This document shows, in pieces, positions 39,823 to 48,646 of a stretch of DNA of 64,000 nucleotides (position 1 is the stretch's first letter; the number at the start of each line of letters is the position of its first letter). A program made the position numbers and the translations under genes. The notes under the pieces are model-generated. The model saw nothing but the letters and a program-made list of their open reading frames with translations, was not told the DNA's origin and ran no database searches. The DNA is from Selenomonadales bacterium (lineage in GTDB: Bacteria; Bacillota; UBA994): assembly GCA_018335585.1 (NCBI GenBank), contig JAGXRZ010000001.1:6281-70280 (forward strand), read 5' to 3'.

Positions 39823-40944
39823 TTGAAACATGCCAGCCGTTTGTGGAAGTGCTTTTTGATGCTAACCCTTATACTTCCGTTGGGAGTCATTCACGCGGGC
39901 GCACCAGAAATCGTCGTCGTCGAGGCTAGCCCGCTCATGCCAACAATTATCAGCTTTGAGCAGCCCACCGTTTCGGTTCAAGTCCACGCCATGCCGCTTG
40001 GCACTGTGCTGACATTACAGACTGCTAATGCCACTGCCGTGGCAGGGTTGACGGGCAACAACCGACTCATCGGGAATCCGTTTCACTTTTGGGTTGAGCA
40101 GGCTGGCGCTCGTCTGCCAGAGCTCGATACCAAGTACACACTTAGCGTCATGGTGCCTAGCGCCGGAGTATTACCGAGTGCACTTGGGCTTTACTATTAC
40201 CATGCGTCTGAGGGCGTCTGGCAACGCGTCTTGACAGATTTTGCATCAGACACCCACACCCTAACGGGCAGATTTACGCACACGGGACTTTTCGCGCTAT
40301 TGGTGGACACGACGCCGCCAGGGCGCCTGACCAGTATCGGGGTCGCAGTAAACGGACAAAACGTCACACTTTCCGGCATGGCCGAGGCCCTAGCCACCAT
40401 TCAGCTCTTTGTGGGGAACCAGTTTTTGGGCGATGTGCAAGCTGACCTGCGGGGACAGTACAGGATGCAAAGGGATTTTGTGCCGGGCCAACACGTATTG
40501 CGCCTGCGCCAGCTTGACCAGGCAGGCAATGTCAGTGAACAGTCCTTAGCGCTCACGGTCACGACCGACTGGCGGGTGCATATCGCGCTCGTTCCCGGTA
40601 GCACAACGGCAACGCTTAACCGCACCCTACTTATGCTGGAAGTTCCCCCGCGCATTGTGCAGGGGCGCACTGTGGTTCCCGTACGGTTTGTGGCCGAGGC
40701 CTTGGGGGCGACGGTCACTTGGCAAGAAGCGACTCAAAGCGTGACGGTGACCTACGGCGCGACTGCCGTCCATTTGACTATCGGTTCAACGATAGCCACA
40801 GTGAACGGTAACCGTGTCTCGCTGGACGTAGCCCCCTTCGTCGAGCGCGGCCGCACTTTGGTTCCGCTGCGCTTTTTGGCCGAAACACTAGGGTTTGAGG
40901 TGCTCTGGCACGGGCTCACTAACAGCATAGAGGTGCGAAAGTAA
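39823..40944 (+). CDS. secreted protein with two C-terminal Cu-amine-oxidase-N-like 'stalk' repeats
   Basis: TTG start behind AGGAGG, signal peptide, C-terminus ..GRTVVPVRFVAEALGATV.. and ..GRTLVPLRFLAETLGFEV. Confidence 0.6.
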   Translation: MKHASRLWKCFLMLTLILPLGVIHAGAPEIVVVEASPLMPTIISFEQPTVSVQVHAMPLGTVLTLQTANATAVAGLTGNNRLIGNPFHFWVEQAGARLPELDTKYTLSVMVPSAGVLPSALGLYYYHASEGVWQRVLTDFASDTHTLTGRFTHTGLFALLVDTTPPGRLTSIGVAVNGQNVTLSGMAEALATIQLFVGNQFLGDVQADLRGQYRMQRDFVPGQHVLRLRQLDQAGNVSEQSLALTVTTDWRVHIALVPGSTTATLNRTLLMLEVPPRIVQGRTVVPVRFVAEALGATVTWQEATQSVTVTYGATAVHLTIGSTIATVNGNRVSLDVAPFVERGRTLVPLRFLAETLGFEVLWHGLTNSIEVRK

Positions 40945-40949
40945 ATAGA

Positions 40950-43211
40950 CTATCTGATTGCTAGCCGTAAAAACCCCATGTAGTCTGCGAGTCCTGCGGC
41001 TGTACTGTACTTAGCTATAAGTGCCAGTGCCTCGTGGCTCCGCCCCTGCAGCTCATACACCCGCGCCAGCACGAGCCCAGCCCGTGCCGCGATTTGCGCA
41101 TCGCGGCTTCTTTCTGCAGCGACAAGATGCGGCAGCGCAGCCGCTTGGTTGGCGCGCAAAAGGTAACCCTCGCCTAGGGCTAACTGCAACGCAGGCGTCA
41201 AGGCAAAAGGCACTGCGCTTTTTGGCAGGAGGTGTTCCGGTATGGCGGCACGCACCTGCTCAAACTGCTGATGCACGGAGAAGACCTTGTCTACGTAAGA
41301 TTGCCACCCCTCTTGCCCCCTTGCCCGATAGGCAAGCGCCGCCGAGGCTGCGGTCAAGGCTAGTGTTTCATAGTTTTGGATATTGCGTGGCTGTAGCGCC
41401 ATGCTGCGCTCGTGGTAACGCACAGCCGCAGCGTGATTAGCACGCGCAGCATGCCAGTGCCCAAGCAGGTTGGTGGCACGTGGGTCAAACGGCTCGTGCC
41501 GCAGAAGTGCCTCTAGGTTCGCGCGCTGGGCGGCATCTGGGAGCGAACGGTGCTGCATCATGTTGTCCAGCTCACGCCGCGCGTCAGCATGCCATGGGTT
41601 AACACTGAGTGTGCGCTGGAGACTGGCCATGATTTCGTCTACTTTCCCTGCCTGCGCTAAAGCTGGCACGCGCGCCATCTCCAGCTCAGCTAAGTAGAGA
41701 GCACCGCCTAGCAAGAGCAGCAGACCAAGGGTCGGTGCCAGCACAGGCCTCATGTCAAACCGGAAAGCGTAGCGATTGCCCTGCGCGGAAAGCGCCCCTA
41801 GCGCGGCAAAAAGCAGCAAGTACATAGAGGGGAAGGCCAAGAGCGCTTCTCCTACGGAATGGAAGAGCACCGCAAAGGCTAAGATGCCGATCGCCGCAGC
41901 CGCAGGTTCAGCGCGCCGCTTCCATGCCCAGTACATGTTAACGAGCATAAAGGCAAGATAGATGACCAACCCCAGAATACCAATCTCAAGCGTTATGTCC
42001 AGCGGATCCGAATGGGCACGCAATGTACCGTAATGAAAACTCTGATAGCGAGGATAGACAGCGTTCCACGCCCCACCGCCAAAACCTAAGAGCGGAGACC
42101 CGCGCAGTGCATGCAGCCCGTCTTCGAAAAAGACAAAGCGACCGTCGTCAAGCAGCCCGCGCAGGGTAATACGCGAAAAATAGCCTGCAACTTCCGCAGG
42201 CACAACGCGCGTTGCGCCAAAAACCGTTAAGGCCACACCCAAGGCGAGGGCCAAGGCGAGTATGGCTTTGCCTGCCGTGCGGGCATGTTTTTGCACCAAG
42301 CCCGCCTCCGCAAGCGCCGTCAGCCCCGCCAACACAGGGACGGCAAGAAGCACGGTGAGCCCCGACTGCGTTACCATCAAATACGTTGCTATAAGCCCCG
42401 GCGCACCCATAAACACCAGGAAAGAGAAGAGCTCGAAAAAGCGCCTGTAACAGACGACAACAGTCAGAAGCACACCTGCCGCCAAGGCCAAGTAGCCTCC
42501 CCGCGAAAGCGTAAGCAAAAATGCGGGGATAGTTACTGCCCCTGACGCACTCCAAAGCACACGCCACGGTAGGCTAGTTTCCTGAAAGCCCAAGACTATG
42601 CTGATTAAGAGACTCGCCATGAACAGGCTCGCGGTGGCATTTGGGTACTCGAAGCCGGCGGAGATGCGCCCACCCACTAACTGCGCGGGAGCATCGTAAA
42701 CACCGCTGTATACGGCAAGACCTACTAGGGCAAGCACTGCTCCGCCTGCCACTACGCCTCCAAGCAGCAGTTTTCTTTCCCGCTCACCCAGTTCTAAGGA
42801 AGAGACCAGCCAATAGAGGGCCACAAAGCCCGCCCAGAGCACCAACCCGCGCAGTGCTCCGTTCATAGACGCAGGGCGAAACAGCCCCATGGCATACAGG
42901 AGCACCAGCAGACTTCCTAGCGCGTGCCCTAAGGACCATGGGAGGGGTTTTTTACCCACACCAAACACTAGAGCTCCACAAGCTAGGGCCAAAACCACGG
43001 CACTAACTAACAGCTTGTCCTGTGGCCAATAAAGCCCTTGGACAAAAGGAGACAGCACGACGACAGCTACCACCACTGCAAGCAATGCGCGCCTTGCGGT
43101 TAGTGCCGAGCCGCCCTTTTCCCCTGTTGGGTTACCCGCTGACTTATTCGTTGGTTTGCTCGGCGCAGGCTGCTTCCTCTTGCCCATTGTTTGCCTCCCG
43201 TTGCTTGTCAA
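40950..43211 (-). CDS. O-antigen ligase (Wzy_C) family membrane protein with C-terminal TPR-like region
   Basis: At least 10 hydrophobic segments, ..LTLSRGGYLALAAG.. loop typical of Wzy_C, and ~250 aa of helical repeats at the C-terminus. Confidence 0.55.
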   Translation of the reverse strand: MTSNGRQTMGKRKQPAPSKPTNKSAGNPTGEKGGSALTARRALLAVVVAVVVLSPFVQGLYWPQDKLLVSAVVLALACGALVFGVGKKPLPWSLGHALGSLLVLLYAMGLFRPASMNGALRGLVLWAGFVALYWLVSSLELGERERKLLLGGVVAGGAVLALVGLAVYSGVYDAPAQLVGGRISAGFEYPNATASLFMASLLISIVLGFQETSLPWRVLWSASGAVTIPAFLLTLSRGGYLALAAGVLLTVVVCYRRFFELFSFLVFMGAPGLIATYLMVTQSGLTVLLAVPVLAGLTALAEAGLVQKHARTAGKAILALALALGVALTVFGATRVVPAEVAGYFSRITLRGLLDDGRFVFFEDGLHALRGSPLLGFGGGAWNAVYPRYQSFHYGTLRAHSDPLDITLEIGILGLVIYLAFMLVNMYWAWKRRAEPAAAAIGILAFAVLFHSVGEALLAFPSMYLLLFAALGALSAQGNRYAFRFDMRPVLAPTLGLLLLLGGALYLAELEMARVPALAQAGKVDEIMASLQRTLSVNPWHADARRELDNMMQHRSLPDAAQRANLEALLRHEPFDPRATNLLGHWHAARANHAAAVRYHERSMALQPRNIQNYETLALTAASAALAYRARGQEGWQSYVDKVFSVHQQFEQVRAAIPEHLLPKSAVPFALTPALQLALGEGYLLRANQAAALPHLVAAERSRDAQIAARAGLVLARVYELQGRSHEALALIAKYSTAAGLADYMGFLRLAIR

Positions 43212-43363
43212 TCCCTCCTGGTGCTAGGAGACTACACCACAGAGCATGGTACATGGCATTCACTCGTCTAAGAAACCCCATAACCCACCACCCTTTACTC
43301 TCTTGCCTTATCTCCTACAGTAATACTCATTCTATACCAACTGCGGTTATCCTGCCGCACTTG

Positions 43364-43645
43364 CTAACCATACAAACCCCCAACGCCGCCGACGCCCTGC
43401 CCTTCCCGCAAAGACCACTCCATGTACATCTTGTACTGCTCTCCTTCATCTAGGCTGAAAAAACGCCGCTTTTGTTCTGCGCTGAGAGTCGCAATGAAGG
43501 AGTCGTAGTACTGAGCCTTTCGCCAGCTAAGCCCGCGCCGACGCAAGCTGCGTTCCCTAGCTACTTGTAGGCGCAGCCAGTAGCCGAAGGTCACCACCGC
43601 TACCCCCGTTGCCATTAATAGGTACCACACCAGACTATCGCCCAT
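43364..43645 (-). CDS. small single-TM protein, paralog of 58830..59081
   Basis: MGDSLVWYLLMATGVAVVTFGYWLR..SWRKAQYY..LSAEQKRRF..MEWSLREGQ aligns along its full length with the 83-aa product of 58830..59081. Start chosen by that alignment. Confidence 0.5.
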   Translation of the reverse strand: MGDSLVWYLLMATGVAVVTFGYWLRLQVARERSLRRRGLSWRKAQYYDSFIATLSAEQKRRFFSLDEGEQYKMYMEWSLREGQGVGGVGGLYG

Positions 43646-43770
43646 TCCACCCCACACCTTTTCTTTATTTTTAGGCTGCATATCAAATTCTCTCGCTATT
43701 CTAACACTAGAACATTCACCATTTAGTCGAAGTATGTCGAACGCGAAAAAAATCAAAAGGAAAGGAAAAG

Positions 43771-43909
43771 GAAGCAAAAGGGACGGAGCCTTTTGCTTCA
43801 CCCGTTGCTTCACGGGCTGGCGCAGGAACTCCCAGTACTTGCCGCGAACATTCCTATACGTTACTGGACACCGCTAGAGTGAAGCAAAAGGCTCCGTCCC
43901 TTTTGCTTC
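43771..43909. repeat. Two REP-like hairpins in opposite orientation upstream of pmm
   Basis: 43771-43800 gaagcaaaagggacggagccttttgcttca and 43880-43909 tgaagcaaaaggctccgtcccttttgcttc. Confidence 0.85.
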
Positions 43910-43925
43910 GAAAGGGGATATTCTT

Positions 43926-45365
43926 GTGCCAATAAACCCACAGATCTTTCGTGAATACGATATTCGCGGCAACGCCGAGCGGGACTTTGCTGAGCCCGAC
44001 CTGCGCCGCCTGACCCAGGCCATCGTTACATATTTTGAGTCCCACGGCAGGAGAGAGATGCTCGTCGCCCACGACTGCCGCCTGAGCTCGCCCCGCATCG
44101 TGGCTACCATTCTTGACGTGGCGCGTGAGCGCGGCATGCGGGTCGTTAACATCGGCATGGTTACCACGCCTGCCTTCTACTACGCCGCCAAGCACCTCGG
44201 CATTGACGCCGGGCTTATCGTCACCGCCAGCCATAACCCCCCGCCCGACAACGGCATGAAGGTGCTGCTTGGCCCCTCCACCATCCACGGGGCGGAGATA
44301 AAGCAGATAGAGCGAATTGCCGCCAGGCTCCAGCCGCCAGCCGCCAGCCACCAGCCGCCAACAGCCGGCAGCAACCACCTGCAAGCGACAAGCGACAAGC
44401 CACAAGCGACAATCCATTATGACATCCTCACCCCCTACGTCGCTATGTTGGCCGAAAAAATAAGGCTCGGCCCGCGCCGGCTTAAAGTGGTGGTCGACTG
44501 CGGCAACGGCACCGCCGGCCCGGTTACGGAACGTTTCTTAGAGGCACTAGGCATCGACTACATACCGCTCTATTTTACGCCCGACGGCACCTTCCCCAAC
44601 CACGAGGCCGACCCCACCAAGCTAAAGAACCTTGTGGACCTCCGCGCGCGCGTGCTCGCGGAGAAAGCAGACCTCGGCATCGGCTTTGACGGCGACGGCG
44701 ACCGCATTGGCGTGGTGGACGACCTCGGCAACGTCATTTGGGGCGATTTGCTTATGGCCCTCTTCTGGCGCGAGATACTGCCCAAGCACCCGGGCACCAC
44801 CTGCCTGGTGGAAGTAAAGTGCTCACAAGGCTTAGTGGACGAAATAGTGCGCCTCGGCGGCCGGCCCGAGTTCACCAAAACCGGGCACTCCCTAATCAAG
44901 GCGCGCATGCGCGAGCTTGGCGCCGTCTTCACCGGCGAAATGAGCGGACACATCTTCTTTGCGGACGAGTACTACGGCTTTGACGATGCTCTCTACGCCG
45001 CGGGTCGCTTGCTTAGGCTGCTTTCGCACAGCACTGACAAGCTTTCTTCGCTAATAGCCACGCTCCCCACCTACTACAGCACGCCCGAAACGCGCATCCC
45101 CTGCCCCGACGAGCTAAAGTTTGGCGTGGTCGACGAGCTTACGCAAGTCCTCGCCCGGCAATACGCTACCATTACCGTCGACGGCGTGCGCGTGCAGTTC
45201 CCGGAGGGTTGGGGATTGTTTAGAGCATCAAACACCGGGCCGGTGATTGTCACCCGCTGCGAAGGAAAAACTCCCGCGCTAAGGCAGGAGTATATGCGTA
45301 TACTTGATGAGGCATTAGCCAAGGTGCTGCCCGGCGTTGCGATACCTTGGGAAGTGGGAAACTAA
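43926..45365 (+). CDS. phosphomannomutase/phosphoglucomutase (alpha-D-phosphohexomutase)
   Basis: Active-site TASHNPPPDNGMK, Mg loop GFDGDGDR, GEMSGH, C-terminal RASNTGPVIVTRCEG. Confidence 0.85.
   Translation: MPINPQIFREYDIRGNAERDFAEPDLRRLTQAIVTYFESHGRREMLVAHDCRLSSPRIVATILDVARERGMRVVNIGMVTTPAFYYAAKHLGIDAGLIVTASHNPPPDNGMKVLLGPSTIHGAEIKQIERIAARLQPPAASHQPPTAGSNHLQATSDKPQATIHYDILTPYVAMLAEKIRLGPRRLKVVVDCGNGTAGPVTERFLEALGIDYIPLYFTPDGTFPNHEADPTKLKNLVDLRARVLAEKADLGIGFDGDGDRIGVVDDLGNVIWGDLLMALFWREILPKHPGTTCLVEVKCSQGLVDEIVRLGGRPEFTKTGHSLIKARMRELGAVFTGEMSGHIFFADEYYGFDDALYAAGRLLRLLSHSTDKLSSLIATLPTYYSTPETRIPCPDELKFGVVDELTQVLARQYATITVDGVRVQFPEGWGLFRASNTGPVIVTRCEGKTPALRQEYMRILDEALAKVLPGVAIPWEVGN
44322..44412. 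repeat. Heptamer arrays (GCCAGCC-type, then GCGACAA x4) lying in frame inside pmm
   Basis: gccaggctccagccgccagccgccagccaccagccgcc...caagcgacaagcgacaagccacaagcgacaa encodes ..ARLQPPAASHQPPTAGSNHLQATSDKPQAT.., in a variable loop. Confidence 0.8.
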
Positions 45366-45406
45366 CGATAGATGACCAGAGCCTGATTAGCCTTATTGCC
45401 AACCTG

Positions 45407-45435
45407 TTGACTCCAAGCTGCTGTATGGCTATACT
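45407..45435 (+). promoter_or_regulatory. sigma70-like promoter for the first island cassette
   Basis: TTGACT (45407-45412), 17-nt spacer, TATACT (45430-45435). Confidence 0.45.
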
Positions 45436-45483
45436 AAATCTATGTTTTGGAATCGCCACATCATCCGGTGGGGAGGAGTTAGC

Positions 45484-46737
45484 TTGTACATTACGCGGGC
45501 TGTAGAGCCCGTAATCAAGCGATTGGCGGGCATGTTTGGCGTTTTGCTGGTCACAGGGCCGCGACAGGTGGGCAAAACAACCATGCTGCAAAGCTTATCC
45601 GGCCCCGAACGCAAGTATGTCACGTTAGATGACCCCGATCTAAGGCGCTTGGCCAAGGCGGACCCAAGCCTCTTTCTGCAGCGTTTTACGCCTCCCGTCA
45701 TCATCGACGAAATTCAGTACGCCCCCGAACTGCTGCCTTACATCAAGATGCATGTAGATTCCACGCGGCGCACAGACGAGTTTTGGCTGACGGGCTCGCA
45801 AGTCTTTCAGACTATGCAGAACGTCAGCGAATCCCTAGCCGGGAGAGTAGGCATCGTCAATCTGCTTGGCTTGTCTACCCACGAGATACACGGCACTCAC
45901 TCTGAGCCATTTCTGCCTGTGCCCGAGAAGCTCTTGGCCAAAGCCGCGCCACAGCAAGCGAAACTCGGACTCCACGAGCTGTATGCCCGCATATTTAAGG
46001 GCAGCATGCCGGCCCTCTACGCCCATGCCATCGACCGCGAGGCCTACTACCGCGCTTACGTTAATACCTATCTGCAACGAGACATCCGCGACCTTACACA
46101 AGTAGCGGACGAAATGTCGTTCTTCAACTTTATGACGGTGGTTGCCGCCCGCACGGCCCGACCTATAGTCTACGAGGAAATCTCTAAGGATTGCGGCATT
46201 AGCGCGCCCACAGCCAAGAAGTGGCTCTCCATACTGGTTTCGTCCGGCCTTGTGGCGCTCGTGCAGCCCTATCACAACAACATCCTAAAGAGGGTCGTTA
46301 AGTCGCCGCTTCTACACTTTCTGGACACAGGGTTGTGTGCGTATCTACTTAAGTGGGCCAGCCCCGAAACGCTAGAGCGCGGCGCGATGTCCGGCGCCTT
46401 TTTTGAGAGCTTCGTGTTCGCGGAAATCTACAAGGGGTGGCTTAACGCCGGCAAGGAACCCCCTCTCTACTACTACCGCGACAAAGACCAAAAGGAAATC
46501 GACCTGCTTATCTACTGGGACGGCACCCTCTACCCCATCGAAATTAAAAAAACCGCGTCCCCCGGGCGAGATGCGGGTAAGCACTTCCATCTATTGCAGC
46601 CGCTCGCCGACTCTCTGCGAACCGAGGCGCACCCGCACCTTAAAGCAAGCATCGGCCCGGGCGCGGTTGTCTGCATGGCTAACAACCTCTTGCCCATAGA
46701 CAGACACGTCTGGGCTGTCCCGGCGTGGATGATCTGA
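45484..46737 (+). CDS. AAA+ ATPase of the AAA_14/DUF4143 type (island cassette 1)
   Basis: Walker A TGPRQVGKTT, Walker B VIIDEIQ. Start set to TTG 45484 behind GGGGAGGAG, giving (M)YITRAVEPV (track start 45442). Confidence 0.65.
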   Translation: MYITRAVEPVIKRLAGMFGVLLVTGPRQVGKTTMLQSLSGPERKYVTLDDPDLRRLAKADPSLFLQRFTPPVIIDEIQYAPELLPYIKMHVDSTRRTDEFWLTGSQVFQTMQNVSESLAGRVGIVNLLGLSTHEIHGTHSEPFLPVPEKLLAKAAPQQAKLGLHELYARIFKGSMPALYAHAIDREAYYRAYVNTYLQRDIRDLTQVADEMSFFNFMTVVAARTARPIVYEEISKDCGISAPTAKKWLSILVSSGLVALVQPYHNNILKRVVKSPLLHFLDTGLCAYLLKWASPETLERGAMSGAFFESFVFAEIYKGWLNAGKEPPLYYYRDKDQKEIDLLIYWDGTLYPIEIKKTASPGRDAGKHFHLLQPLADSLRTEAHPHLKASIGPGAVVCMANNLLPIDRHVWAVPAWMI

Positions 46738-46740
46738 AGT

Positions 46741-47189
46741 GGAGGATAACCAGAGCCTGATTGACCTTATTGCACTGATTAGGAGTTGACCTCAGGGGCC
46801 TGCATAGGGGCCTATATAAGCGTCTCTCCTTCTAATCAGGGTAATCAGTGAAATCAGGCTCTAAACTACGGGGGTTACTCAGGATAACCAGAGCCTGATT
46901 AGCCTTATTGCCCTGATTAGGAGTTGAGCACAGGGGCCTTCACCTCAGGGGCCTTCATAGGGGCCTATACAAGCGTCTCTCCTTCCAAATCAGGGTAATC
47001 AGTGAAATCAGGCTCTAAATTACCTGGGATACTCAGGATAACCAGAGCCTGATTAGCCTTATTGCCCTGATTAGGAGTTGACCTCAGGGGCTTTCACCTC
47101 AGGGGCCTTCATAGGGGCCTTTATAAGCGTCTCTCCTTCCAATCAGGGTAATCAGTGAAATCAGGCTCTAAACTACCGGGGATACTCAG
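46741..47189. repeat. Tandem island hairpin units (~153-bp period, ~2.9 copies) with no cargo between them
   Basis: Units at 46834-46918, 46988-47072 and 47141-47189 (truncated), plus a solitary right arm starting at 46744. Confidence 0.9.
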
Positions 47190-47245
47190 ATCCTAGCGCA
47201 GTTGCCTGCCTTGCTAGGGCCTATTTATCATGCTATTGTAGTATT

Positions 47246-47626
47246 GTGGAAGAGCATTGGGGGTGGCAATTTGCTATGTGGTCAACCCATATCCTAGACA
47301 GCGCGCGTGCCAAGAAAAAGCAAGCGCGGGAGCAACTTCGCGTTCGATTGCTAGACGCTGCCATGCAAGCCCTAGATAAGCTGTCCCTGTTGCTTCAGTT
47401 TGATAAAGCCTATGTATTTGGTTCCGTGGCAAGGCAGCAGGGGTTCGACGAGCTTTCGGATTTGGATATAGCCTTCGCAGGGCTGCGGGACGAAGATTAT
47501 TTTACCGCTGCGGCTTTTCTCTCAAGAGAAGTGGGCATAGACGAAGTGGATGTCGTGCAATTAGAGGGACATCGCCTGGCTAGTACAATAGTAAAGGAAG
47601 GGATACCGTGGAAAAGGAAAGGGTAG
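47246..47626 (+). CDS. nucleotidyltransferase-domain protein (MNT-type antitoxin)
   Basis: VFGSVARQ..SDLDIAF (GS..DxD Pol-beta NTase motif). Alternative ATG at 47276. Confidence 0.7.
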   Translation: MEEHWGWQFAMWSTHILDSARAKKKQAREQLRVRLLDAAMQALDKLSLLLQFDKAYVFGSVARQQGFDELSDLDIAFAGLRDEDYFTAAAFLSREVGIDEVDVVQLEGHRLASTIVKEGIPWKRKG

Positions 47627-48090
47627 CCTTACTACAGGCAGAACTGCAGTCACGCACCCAAGAGATTGAGAACATATACTTGAAGATTGACGAACGTAAA
47701 GGGCGGAGGGGCAAAATAGCCGTCGAAAGCCTTGCCTATCAGCTCCACAACCTGTACTGCGCATTTGAAGACCTCTTTAAGGCCGTATCTGTTGCCTTTG
47801 AAAACAACATCGACCACAAGTCGCGCTATCACACCGAACTGCTAAAAAGAATGACCTACACGATTGAAGGCGTAAGGCCCGCTCTCCTGACGCAGGATAG
47901 TTACATGTTGCTAGATAATCTGCGTGCGTTCAGGCATGTGTTCCGGCACGCCTATTCCTATGACCTAGATGAACGAAAGGTGCGAATTGTCTTAGAAGAT
48001 GTGGCCAAACTGCGGGCGTTGTACGCTAGGGATGTGCAGGCCTTTTTGCAGGGACTAGGGAGTCGCAATAGCAGTGACAACGGCAGGTAA
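47608..48090 (+). CDS. HEPN-like putative RNase toxin partner of MNT
   Basis: RHVFRH (Rx4H) motif in a helical 160-aa protein. GTG start overlaps the MNT gene by 19 nt. Confidence 0.5.
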   Translation: MEKERVALLQAELQSRTQEIENIYLKIDERKGRRGKIAVESLAYQLHNLYCAFEDLFKAVSVAFENNIDHKSRYHTELLKRMTYTIEGVRPALLTQDSYMLLDNLRAFRHVFRHAYSYDLDERKVRIVLEDVAKLRALYARDVQAFLQGLGSRNSSDNGR

Positions 48091-48201
48091 TCAGTGAAAT
48101 CAGGCTCTAAATTACCGGAGATCCTCAGGATAACCAGAGCCTGATTGACCTTACTGCCCTGATTAGGAGTTGAGCACAGGGGCCTTTGAATCAGGCTCTA
48201 A
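48088..48201. repeat. Island hairpin unit (left arm 5-prime truncated, starts in the HEPN stop codon)
   Basis: taatcagtgaaatcaggctctaaattaccggagatcctcaggataaccagagcctgattgaccttactgccctgattaggagttgagcacagggg.. Confidence 0.85.
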
Positions 48202-48261
48202 CACGCACTGGCACATGCTTTCGCTTATGTGTTAGCGATGAACCAAAATTGAGCACTAATC

Positions 48262-48336
48262 CTACCTCAAGACCGTTGGCGTGCGCGTGCACTTAAGGAA
48301 AAACTCCCGCCTAAGGCAGGAGTATAAGCGCATGTT
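48262..48336 (+). pseudogene. remnant of the pmm 3-prime end with an internal deletion
   Basis: accgttggcgtgcgcgtgca|cttaaggaaaaactcccgcctaaggcaggagtata matches pmm 45176-45196 joined to 45262-45298. Confidence 0.7.
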
Positions 48337-48427
48337 CAGCGTCGGTCGTTAGTCGCTGCGGCAAGCGGACAGCCTCCCAGCAGCTAGTGTAAAGCAAAAG
48401 GCTCCGTCCCCGGTGCTTCCCGGTGCT

Positions 48428-48646
48428 TTACCTCGCAATTAGCTCAGTTCTAGCGTAGCGCACACCCGTCTTACGGAGGACACCGGCATCTCTTAGCCTG
48501 TCAATGCGTCTTTTTACGTCATCGTCATCAAATCCGAGCTGTTTTTTCTTCACCTCAATGAGGATCTGGTCGATGGTGAACGGCTCACTCTTTGATAAAA
48601 CAATTTGCACAAGCTCGTATATGGGCGACTCTTTAACTGGAACCAT
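48428..48646 (-). CDS. small winged-helix-like protein coupled to the HD protein
   Basis: 72 aa. Its ATG follows the HD gene TGA directly (TGAATG). ..IDRLRDAGVLRKTG.. resembles a wHTH wing. Confidence 0.45.
   Translation of the reverse strand: MVPVKESPIYELVQIVLSKSEPFTIDQILIEVKKKQLGFDDDDVKRRIDRLRDAGVLRKTGVRYARTELIAR

Noticed and set aside
43854-44417. 187-aa minus-strand ORF overlapping pmm
   Set aside because: It is antisense to a PMM/PGM gene with intact catalytic motifs. It is partly an artefact of the stop-free heptamer arrays.
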